Assembly (NCBI RefSeq): GCF_004010195.1
Contig: NC_057750.1
Coordinates: 10,415,478 to 10,479,477, forward strand
DNA length: 64,000 bases
DNA from: Chiloscyllium plagiosum
Lineage: Eukaryota
Direction of reading: 5' to 3'
In this document: positions 13,401 through 25,400 of the stretch, in pieces
How the letters are laid out: the number at the start of each line of letters is the position of its first letter
Position numbering within the stretch: the stretch's first letter is position 1
Notes under the pieces: generated by a model
The model's input: only the letters and a program-made list of their open reading frames with translations
Databases searched by the model: none
What the model was told of the DNA's origin: nothing
Made by a program: the position numbers and the translations under genes

Positions 13401-16400
13401 GGTCACAGGACCATTGCAGGCATGATAGGCTGAATGGCCTCCTGAGCCATAACAAACATTTGTGTGGTGATTTGGAAGTCTGACCAGGACAGCAAACTTT
13501 GGCAAGATTATCATGAGGCCTTCACAGTTAAACCTCCATTCAGATGTGGTCCATTAGTATGGACTAGTTTAGTCTGGGGGACCTGGTGAACATGGACGAG
13601 TTGGATCTGTTTCTATGCTCGAAGACTCTATGGCACTGCATTAAGTAATAGCACAAAACAGAAACCTCTCAAGGGGTAATGGTGGCTTAGTGTGAATGTC
13701 CCTGGATTTGTAATCCAGAGCTGAGGATATTGGGGTTGCAGACTCAAATGCTATTAATGGGCCTGCTTTTGTTCTCCTGGGTGACAGTGGTCTCACAATT
13801 GGGAGCTGATAAAAACACAGGCCTCATTCTCCACCCAATTTCTGATGGGATTCGTTTCTCAAAGACATGGTGACAAAACCTCCTGATGGAGGGGATCACT
13901 CAAATAATTGCAGGCAGGAAACGGTTTTCCTTTGAAAAGTACATTCTAGTGTGAAAAATGAAGAAATGAAGAGTATTGTTTAAATAGTTATACACAGATT
14001 ATTCGATTAACCGATTTTCGGATTATCTAAACAAGATTGCAAGGTCCCGACTCTTGGCTAACAATGTTATCTGGCATTTGATTAACTGAACAAAATACTA
14101 CCCGCCTGTGTCCTTCGGATAATCGAGGTTCCTCTGTATTGTGACATACAAGAGGATCAAGGTGCGCTTGTACACCAGTCAATTAAAGCAGACAACAAAG
14201 GTGTCTATCCTTAATTGTTAAGGATCAACTGCGTTGCTGTGGGTCCCTGAGTCATATTTAGGCCAGACCAGGTAAAGATGGCAGATTTCCTTCCATAAAG
14301 GAACATTAGTGAATCAGATGATTTTTCCCAACAATCAACAATAGTTTCACGGTCACCATTAGACTCTTAATTCCACATTATTTCTAACATTGAATTCCTT
14401 TATTTACAGAGTGAGGACATCGCTGGCTACACACCATTTATTGCCGAGAGGGCAGTTAAGAGTCAACCCCATCGCGGTGGGTCTGGAGTCACATGTAGGC
14501 CAGACATGCAGTTTCCTTCCCTAAAGGGCATTAGTGAACCAGATGGGTTTTTCCCCCTCGGACAATTGACAATGGATTCATGGTCATCATTAGACTTCCA
14601 CCATCTGCAATGGGGAGATTTGAACCCAGCTGCCCAGAACATTATCTGGTCTCTGGAATATCAGTCCAGGGAGGATACCATTAGGCCATCACCTTCCCTT
14701 GTTCAAATTCCACTGTCTGCCATGATATTCCCAGAATATCACCTGCATTTCTAGATTAGTAGTCTAGCGATAATACCACTAGACCATCACCTCTTCTACC
14801 TTCCGTGGAAAGTCAAAATATTGTGTTTGGAACATGTTCGGCACCCAGTAATAATTCTCAGCAGTTCAATTTCTTATGCAATGGTATGAGGAAATATAAC
14901 TGAAAGGAAAGAGAGGCATAGGGCAATTCTAGTCAGGCTCGCAGTTCCGCAGCCAGTCCCCAGCGCTTTCAGCGTCTGTGTTTCTATACCATGAAATCCC
15001 AATATGTGCCACTCCCAGAGGACAGTCTTTGGCAATATGAGCATTCCCGGTGCTATGATTAGCCTGAGCACTCAAGGGGACAGGACAGAGCAGCTGGAGG
15101 ATCTCCACACCATCTGTGACAGCTGATCAGATCAAATTGCAAAGAGGGGGGGAAAAAAAAGAAAGGTTTTTGTAAGGCCCTCAGGCATGGAGAGAGAAAG
15201 GGAAGAACAAATTCAACATTATTAGTAGATATTTCTGAACTTATTAACATTGAGATACGCTCTATCAAATAAAATGAGTCACTTTTAATTCTCCTGTGGT
15301 GCCCGTCAGAGGTTGGGCCAATTCTGGGCAGGTGCTGGCACTGACCTCTTGCACTTTATAAAGACATTTAGCAGCCGTTAACAGCAAACTCCTCATCACC
15401 CCTCCCCGCCATAGCTTCCCCATTGCCCCACAAACCTGCCACAGAGCCAGATATTCCTTCTCGCCATCACTCTGCAGCTTAACATAGAAAATAGGATCAG
15501 AGAAGAAATCATTTGGCCCTTAAAGGCAGCTGCACTATTCAATATGATCATGCCTGATCATTCCGCTGAGTCTCCCGTATCTGCTTCCCCCCCCATACCT
15601 TTTGATCCCTTTAGCCCTAAGACCTGTATCTAACTCCTCTTTCAATGCTTTAGCCTCAAATGCTTTCTGTGGCCAAGAATTCCACGGGCTCACCACTCTT
15701 CGAGACATTTCTATTTAACCGAGAGGACAAAGCACAGTCTAACCTTTCCAACCCATTCTTGAGTTCCTCTCTCTCACTTTTATCCCCCAGTTGTCAGGAG
15801 AAGCTGTAGAGAGACAGTGTAGCTCCGTCTGCTGGGTCCAGCCACTGGCAATCTGTGCTCGGTCTGTCTGATCCCCAGCACACACCACGGCACTGATTAA
15901 CTCTCGATGGTCTGAGGCTCACCCCAATGCTTCAGCAGCCTTATATGACAGCCAACAACAACAACGTATTTTTATATAGCATCTAATGAAACATCCCAAG
16001 GTGCTTCGCAAGCCCTACTTTCAAACAAAAACTGACACAGAGCCAAATTTATTTTTAAAAAAAAATTCATGAGATATGGGCATCTCTAGTGAGCTGCCTT
16101 CTTAAAATAAACTGCATCCATTTGGTCTAGGGAACCCCACACACCTCCCCAGTGCCTCTAGGGAGGCGGGGTTCCAAGATTTTGACTCATTGGCGTTGAA
16201 GGAATGGTGACATATTTCTCGGTCAGGATGGGGTGTGGCTTGAAGGGGAATTTGCAGGGAGAGCTCTTCCCATATATCTGCTGCCCTCGGCCTTCTATGA
16301 GGTAAAGGTCACAGGTTTAGAAGGTGATATTAGGACAGGTGACCAAAAGCTCGGACAAAGAGGTAGGATTGAACCAACACTCTGTCTAGTTTACTGGCGT

Positions 16401-19400
16401 GGGGAACTGCAAGGTCTGTGTGCAGCAGTGACCACCAAAACTGAACGTCAATGCATTGGCATTTCAATCGGCATTGGCATAACTTTGGTGTGTCTACATG
16501 AACATGCAGCTGAACAGATTGTAGGGAACGCTGGATTCAACATAAGGACATATACACGAACACATAAATTAAGAGGAAGCATTCGATATAATCGTGGCTG
16601 ATCTCATTGCGACCCCTACATTCCTGTCTAAGATAAATTGCTTATATTTCTGATGTCAAACCCACCCATTGATGCGTTAATTCAGAGAAATGGTGGTGTT
16701 TGGTAATGCCCATGAGATCCAGAAGGAAACAGGAGTAAAACTTACAAATGACACATACTGGTTTGACCCTGTCTTATCTGCCTAAGAACCCTGTCTTATA
16801 ATCCTTGACATATATTTCCTTCTGGGAAATATATGTCAAGAATGTCAGCTGATGGAATTAAAATTCAATTAATAAATCCATAATTGAGCCAGTCTCAGGG
16901 ATGGACACCATGAAACCAAAATCAATTGTTGTAAAGGCTCTATCTGATTCATTAATGCCCTTTAAGGGAACAAAGTGGCCTACTTATGACTTCAGATCCA
17001 CAATCTTGTTGACTCAGCAGGTATCACAAGAAACTATCCTGTTCATGGACAATGAGGGATACAGACATCCCAGCAATGCCAAATCCAAGGAAGAAATAAT
17101 AAGTCAGATGTAGGCAGGAGGACTCACTGGAGGCTCCCTCTCCTGGAGGCATTGCCTCGCCCAATGGCTTTATTTCACTTTGGCATTGAGGTTTCAGCCA
17201 TATGGATGGAAAGAATGTACAAAGGCGCCTGCCAATGTATCTCACTGTTTTAACAACACATTTAAAAATAATCAGCCAGGAGAACATCTCCCTGTTCCCT
17301 TGTAAAAGCTGGTGAGAGAAAGCAATGCTAACAGTTCAGTATCTGTGTACCTGATGTTCATATTTACGTTGCTTCCACTGCAGAGAAAATGAACAAACTG
17401 ATAGTCAAGAAACTGTCAAACATGACATTCATTCCTTTATGGGATGTCGGTCATAAGATCATAAGATATCGGAGCAGGATTTGGTCATTTGGCTCATCAG
17501 GTCGGTTCTGCCATTCCATCATGCTGATATGTTTCTCAACCCCATTCTCCTGTCTTCTCCCTGTAACCTTTGATCCCATTACTAATCAAGAACCTAGCTA
17601 TCTCTGTCTTAAAGACACCCAATGACCTGGCCTCCACAGCCTTCTGTGGCAATGAGTTCCACAGTTTCACCATCCTCTGGATGTAAAAATTCCTCATCAC
17701 CTCAGTTCTAAAAGGTCTTCCCTTCACTCTGAGGCTGTGCCCTCTGGTCCTAGTCTACCCTCCTAGTGCAAACATCTCCTCCACATCCACTTCATTCAGG
17801 TTTCCATCACTGGCAAGGCCAACATTTTCTGCCCATCCTTAATTACCCTCAAACTGAGCAGTTTGCTCGGCCATTTCACAGGGGCAGTTAAGAGTTAACA
17901 ATGTTGTTGGGTGTGTGGCTGGATTCATATCTAGGACCAGATGAGGTATGCACAGCAGATTTCCTCCCCTAAAGGGCATTAGTGACTTATTATGACAAGT
18001 AGCACGGTCACTAACACTTGCAGTCAATTCCAGATTTTAAAATTGAACTTAAAATGCATTAGCTGCCATGGTGGGATGTGAAGTTACATCCCCAGAACAT
18101 TAGCCTGAGCATCTGGGTTTCTAATACCTCGATTAGCTCTGCTGCCTCACAGCACCAGGGACCAGGATTCAATTTCAGCCTCAGGCAACTATTTGCGTGG
18201 ACTTTGCACATTCGACCTGTCTATGGAGGTTTCCTCCCACAATGCAAAGATGTACAGGTTAGGGTGAACTGGCCATGCTGAATTGCCCATAGTTTCCAGG
18301 GATGTGCAGGTTAGGTGGATTAGCCACTGGAAATGGAGGGTTGTGGGGATATGGTAGGGGGGTGGATCTGGGAGGGATGGTCGGTGTGGACTCAATTGGC
18401 CGAATGACTTGCTTCCATATTGTAGGGATTCTATGATGATTATCACTACACCAACATTTCTCACTATCTGCTACTGCTGGTCACATTTTATATTTCTCAA
18501 TTTACAAGATTAAACAAAAAAACTGCAGACAACAACGATTTGAATCTAAAACAGAAATTGCTGGAGAAACTCAGCAGGTCTGGCAGCATCTGTGGGAAGA
18601 AAGCAGAGTTCATGTTTTGAGTCCGGTGACTCTTCATCAGAAGTGACACTAAGTCAATGCTTGAAATGTCCATGTAACTCACTCCAATCACACAAATCAG
18701 TAAAGACTGCCCTGGGAAATAGTAAATTAAATATTACATTTAAACACGTCTCTCGATCAGGCCACAATTACAATATGACAGTGCAACCTCCACCACACTG
18801 CAGTTACCATGGTTGCAGGGACTGCTCTATTTGTTGTTGGGTTTATTCTAGTTTAGCCTTGGTGCAGAATTACAGCAGCCACAATGACGAGGAGGCCACA
18901 ATAAATAGGAATTATTGTGATACATCTCAGCATTGCCAGAGTCTGGGAGTCAGTGTGGGGCTGATAGGCATGCAGCATATAATAACCCCTGACACAGCCA
19001 CCCACACTGTTTAACAGACTCCTGCCAGTTAACGACTAACATATCACCTCAGTATCTGTTTTTATTCAGAACCTTCTCCTGTTCCTGTGGTTGCTACTCT
19101 TGCTGAATCTCCCTTTTGAATTATTTCTCTTCCTTTCTTTTCCAATTTGCCTCCTTTTCTTTCTCCCCATTTCCATCTCTCTGCCTCCTTCCTTCTCCCT
19201 CCATCTCATTCTCGATTTGTCAACACCACCATTCTCACCATTGTCCCTCCACCCCATTCCCCAGCTCTCAATCTCCTCTCGGTCTCTCTATCCATTTTTT
19301 AAAAAAAGTTTCTTTCCCTCCAACCCAAAGCCCTGTATTTCTTGCTCCTTAATTCTCTGTCTTTTACCATTTCTCTCTATCTGGGCAACAACTGTAAAAG

Positions 19401-22400
19401 AGACATTTTATCAGGACAAAATTGCAAGAGTGCCAAATTTCAAAGGGAACAACAATTTATACTGTTTGAGAAACAGGGTGCAGATTGGTTGACAAACCAT
19501 TTCTGATTGGTCAAGACATTGCCATGAAGAAGTCACCAGGAAACCATTATCCTGAAAGTGTTAATGAAAGGCAAAATACTGTGGATGCTGGAAATCTGAA
19601 ACAAAAAGAAAATGCTGGAGAAAATCTGCAGGTCTGGCAGCATCTGTGGATCTGTTTCTCACTCCACAGATGCTGCCAGACTGGCAGAATTCATCCAGCA
19701 CCTTCTATCTTTGTTTATCCAAAAGGTATTGTTTAATTGAAAATTGCAATTTCTGGACAAATGTTTCTTAATTTCATCTCACTTTTTCTCTTTCAATTTA
19801 TCTTTCATATTCCTTCACTCCCTCTAACCCCAAACCCCCGCCATTATTTTGGGTTGGAGGTCATGAAGTGGTTTTTTAAATGGATGGAGAGACCAAGAGG
19901 AGATTGAGAGCTGGAGAATGGGGGTGGAGAGAGAGAAATTCTCTACTTCCCACATTGGTTCTGTCCTTTCTCCTTATTTTGCCCATTCTCTGTCTCCATT
20001 TCCTCCCTATAATTATCTTCTGTCACCCTCTTTCTCACCCACCTTTCATGTTCTCCCCTATCCTGGCTCAGTTGATTGTAAAAGCAAAAACTCTACAGTG
20101 TCCCATCCTCTCATTAGAGAGGGACACACACAACTAGCAGTGAGTTTAACCTGAGGATCACCACACCTCAGACAGGGGATAAGACTGAGGAAGTGGGACC
20201 ATCATGGTGACCTCAGTTAGTGTAAAAATTGAACCTGTACTGTTAGCATTACTCTGTACTATAAGCCAACGAAGCTAATCAATCCCAAGCTCCTTACGGT
20301 CACAACTTTGTGCGTTCAAGTCCCACACCAAAGTGGTAGGAGGTGGTGACACAAAGTCACAGGGCTGGTAATCCAGACCCCAAGATTTTAAGAGCGTGGG
20401 TTCAAATCTCACAAGTGCAGTTGGTGAAATTTGAATTTAATAACAAATTTGGAGTACAAAGTTAGCCTAAAGGCAACCACGTGACTGCTATCGGTTGTTG
20501 TGAAAACCCTAGTACACCAATGGTCTTTTGGGAAGGAAATATGCCGTCCTTACCCTGTCTAGCCTACTTAGGACACCAGACCCTGTGGCCAACTCTTAAC
20601 AATTAAGGATGGACAGTAAATGCTGACCTGGCCAGCATTGGACGTCTATGACCAATGAATGAGAAATTAACCCTGTCTTTCTTCTCAGGCGAAGATTAAC
20701 AGAAGACAGCACCAAATAATGTAGAAATATAGGAGCATAGTAACAAAAGTAGGCCATTCAGCCCCTCAAGCCTGTTCTGCTATTTAATGAGATCATGGTT
20801 GATCTGTAATATAAATTCATATGCCTTAATTCCTTCGCTTAACAAAATAAAATTATCTATCTTAAATATAAAATTAACGACTGAGCTAGCGAATGTAGTT
20901 GCTGTGTGTGCAATGTGTTTAGAGTCATAGAGACATAGAGCTGTACAGCACGGAAACAGATCCTTCAGTCCATCTTGTCCATAATCGACCAGATATCCTA
21001 TATTAATCTAGTCCCATGTGCCAGCATTTGGCCCATATCCCTCTGAACCCTTCCTATTCATGTACCCATCCAGATGCCTTTTAAATGTTGTAACTGTACC
21101 AGCCTCCATCACTTCCTCTGGCAGCTCATTCCATACACGTACCACCCTCTGGGTGAAAACGTTGCCCCTTGGTTCCCTCTTAAATCTTTTCCCTCTCACC
21201 TTAAACCTATGCCCTCGAGTTTTGGACTCCCCTGTTCTGCCATTTAATGAGATCACGGTTGAACATTCACTCTATTCATGCCCCACATGATTTTATAAAC
21301 TTCTATAAGGCTACTTCAGGGAAAACAGCCCCAGTCTATTCAGCCTCTTCCTATAGCTCAAACCCTCTAAACCTGGCAACACCCTTGTAAATCTTTACTG
21401 AACCCTTTCCAGTTTCACAATATTCTTCCTATAGCAAGGAGACCAGAAATGAAGACGACCTGCAAGGTACCTTTCAGGTTGCTGTTTGGCTGGACAGTCG
21501 TACAATTTAATAAAGAGCAATGGAGTCCTCTAAAATGTCGTAGCCACTACTTATCCATCGAACAACATCACAAAAACAGATTATTAGCTCCACATTACAT
21601 TGCTGATTGTGGGAACCTGCTCTGTGCAAATTGGCAGTGACCACCCTTCAAAAAGTGCTGTTCTTCTTTGGCTGTAACAGAATTCGACACATCGGGAGGT
21701 CATGACAGGCGATATAGAAATGCAAGTCTTTCTTTTTCATATTCTCCTTCTCTCATTTTACCTTCCCTCTCCCTCCATCTCTATATCGTTTCTTTCTCTC
21801 TCCATTCCTTTGAGAATTTTAAAATTTCTTACTGAATTTGATTTTCTTCCTCTTTCCCAGTGTACCGCACTTTCAATTTGAACAACGCTCCTTCACTTTC
21901 TTTCTCTCATCGTTTCTCAAATTCCATCTCTTTCTGCTCTCCTCTCCTCCCTGATTCACACTCACTAGCTGCTTCTTGCTATCTTCACTTCTTCTCTCTT
22001 CTTTTCTCCCTGTCACCATCTTTCCAATTCTTTCACCATCTCTCCTTGACCATGCTATTCTCTACATGCTATTAGGATTTTCAGAGTCTCTGTGGATTAG
22101 TGCCAAATACGCATAGCAACAGGTATCACAGCACATTCTTATTTGACGCCCTTGGATGGCATGTTTTCTGCTGTGCTGATTATTGGTGGCAGCTGAGGAG
22201 TGAGGCAGTGACAGACCCATGTCTAGTTCACCTGGGACACAGGCAAAAAGACTGATTTAACTTCCTTTAAACCTGAAATATGAAGCAGATGGCAGACAAT
22301 GAATTGAATCGATTGATCTCAGGAGACATTTGCTGACTGATCCTTCTCTCCCTGTGAATGACTCGCTCCCAACCTCTGTGCCTATTTAATTGCTTTCCAA

Positions 22401-25400
22401 TCTCATTCTGTCTCATTGTCTCCATTTCCCCTCCTATGGCTCACAAATGCGCTGTGGCAGCCTCATCTCTACTACTGAATCATTTCTTCTCCTGTTTCCT
22501 TTCTGTTGTCTATTTAAGTTACTGCTTAAATATGCTCCCCCTCTTTATCCTCCTCTCTATGATCCCCACCCTTTCTTTTCTCCTCTTTCTATCCCTGTCC
22601 CTTTGTCCCGTACTCTCTCTTTCTCCCTTTGTTTCATATTCTCTTGCCTTTGTCAATTTCTTCAGCGCTCCGGCTCATTCCTCTGTTTGTTTGTCTCCCC
22701 CTCTCTCTACATCTTCCCCATCTGCCTTGTTTATGCTTTTTNNNNNNNNNNNNNNNNNNNNNNNNNNNNNNNNNNNNNNNNNNNNNNNNNNNNNNNNNNN
22801 NNNNNNNNNNNNNNNNNNNNNNNNNNNNNNNNNNNNNNNNNNNNNNNNNNNNNNNNNNNNNNNNNNNNNNNNNNNNNNNNNNNNNNNNNNNNNNNNNNNN
22901 NNNNNNNNNNNNNNNNNNNNNNNNNNNNNNNNNNNNNNNNNNNNNNNNNNNNNNNNNNNNNNNNNNNNNNNNNNNNNNNNNNNNNNNNNNNNNNNNNNNN
23001 NNNNNNNNNNNNNNNNNNNNNNNNNNNNNNNNCTCTCTCTCTCTGTCTCCCTCGTGTGTGTGTGTGTGTATGTGTGTGTGTGTCTCCCTTTCTCTCTTGG
23101 CCTTTCTCTCTGTCTTGCTTTTTGTCTAATTTCCATCCCTTTGCCTCACTCTTTATCCTCACGCCCCTGTCTGTTTCTGTTTCTCCCTTTGTCTGCCTCT
23201 TTCCTCTTCTCCACACCTTCCTCTCCCTCCCCACAACCTGCCAGCAGCATTTAGGGTTGACCCTGGGAAGTAAGCAGCATTCAATACCCTTTTCTTTACA
23301 GAGAAACGAGCTCCACACACTCTCCATCCCTGGACATTCGGACCTGATCTCCATCACCAGTCTGTGTCGGGGATTGTAGCTGAAGCGTGGTCCTCTGCAC
23401 AGTTGGGGTAAGGCAGGTCTCTCTCTCTCCCCTCCTGATCCTGTGATACAGTCGGGAGGGACCAGCCAGCTTTCTAAATGCTGCAGTATCCTCCATAACC
23501 AATGAGACTGCAGATGGAGCGTTGCCCAGCAACACACTTCATTGAGTGGTGTAACTCTTTCAGTGCCAAACCTTGACAGATAGCACATTCCTTAACTGGA
23601 CATGGGCATCACCAGTTGGGCCACCATTTATTGCCGGTCTATGATTGCCCCTTGAGAAGGTGATGGTGACCTGCCTATCTGAAGCACTGCAGTCTATTGG
23701 GGTGGTTTTTGGGTACATCCACAGCCCTGTTAGGGATGGAGTGATAAAGTCTGGAAGGAGACTGTTCAGCCCATCAAATCTGAGCCAGCTCTTGAGTAGA
23801 AATTAATCTCATCCCCTCAGTCAAAACTCAAAGCTCTGTCAGTGCTTTCCCTTCATTAGTATTTCACCAATTAGAGTTCAGAAGGATGAGTATACCTGAA
23901 TCTGCACTGCTAGAGAGAGTGACAGAGATAGGGAGAGATATGGGACTGCAAGGAGTGACAGAAACAGGCAGAAGTGTGGGTCAGGAAATTGAAATGTATA
24001 ACATTCTAAAAGACCTGCACAGATCGGATGCAAGAAGGATGTTTTTTTCTTATGGTTTGGGAATTCAGAACCAGGCCTCACAGTCTCAGGATATAGGTGA
24101 GACCATTTAGACTGAGATGAGTTCTTTACTCAGTGGAATTCTTTATCACTAATGACTATGGAGGCCAAGACACTGAATGTATTCCAAGACATATTCAAGA
24201 AAGAGACTGATTTTTTTTTAGATATTGAAGATGTCAAGGGAATATGGAGAGAAAGAAGGCATATGGCATTAGGATAGAGGATCCGCCATGATCATACTGA
24301 ATAGCAGGCAGGCTCGAAGGGCCAAATGGCCTATTGCTAGTTTCCATGTTTCTACTCTAGAATCTGCTTCCATTTTTTTCTCAGGGTGTACATTCCAGAG
24401 TGCAACAATATTCTGTGTGAAATAAAAGTTTCCTTGTGCTACCTCTAATTATTTTGCTCCTGACCATAAATCCTTCACTCTCCAGCTACACTGCAGTTTT
24501 TCCTAATATACTCTACTGATGAGTCATTCATGAACATGTAAATCAGACCAACTCTTCTGTATCCCTCTCCATCCTGAACAGTACAGTCACAGCGTCTCCA
24601 TTGCTCAGTATAGGAGCAGTCCCTCTTCCCAAAGATCACTCCAGTAAAGTGCAGAATATCAATGACTTCAAAAGGACATTGGAAGGAAATACAATCAAAT
24701 TCAGTCAAACAGATATCATGTGAAAGAGTAGGACTGCTTGGATTGCTATGAGGGAACTTGATGGGTTGAATGGCCATAAATGATACTGAGGCACTAAATC
24801 TCCTATCAAATGAACACAATATGTACCTGATCCAGACTGACGCCAGACTGCACACACAGTATACCTGAATCTGCACTGCTAGAGAGAGTGACAGAGATAG
24901 GGAGGGGTATGGGACTGCAAGGGGTGACAGAAACAGGGAGAAGTGTGGGTCAGGAGGGAGTGACAGAGACAGGGAGGTGTAGGTGTGGAGGGAGTGACAC
25001 AGACAGGGAGGGGAGTGGATATGGAGGAGGTGATAGAGCCAGGGAATTGTGTAGGTCTGGAGGGGAGTGACAGAGACAGGGAGGCATGGGTCTAGAGTGG
25101 GTGACAGAGACAGGGAGGTTTATGGCTCAGGAGGGAGTGACAGAGACAGGGAGGCATGGGTCTAGAGTGGGTGACAGAGACAGGGAGGTTTATGGCTCAG
25201 GAGGGAGTGACAGAGACAGGGAGGCATGGGTCTAGAGTGGGTGACAGAGACAGAGAGGTTTATGGCTCAGGAGGGAGTGACAGAGATAGGGAGGTGTATG
25301 GGTCTGGAGGGAGTGACAGAGACAGGGAGGGGTGTGGGTCTGGAGAGAGTGACAGAGACAAGGAGGTGTGTGGGTCTGGAGGGAGTGACTGTGCGGTGTG

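Noticed and set aside
14930..15122. Possible extra RTN2 exon after a strong pyrimidine tract ([12 protein letters not shown]...)
   Set aside because: The frame ends in TAG and I found no good phase-1 donor; unsupported without RNA data.
22358..23379. Long ORFs of 150-330 aa (also 34092-34827 and 5530-5917)
   Set aside because: They run through N gaps and low-complexity CT/GT sequence.
24475..24876. Minus-strand ORF containing [14 protein letters not shown], reminiscent of the RHD start
   Set aside because: Lacks the W-x-D core and the hydrophobic hairpin, and has no convincing splice sites; treated as chance.
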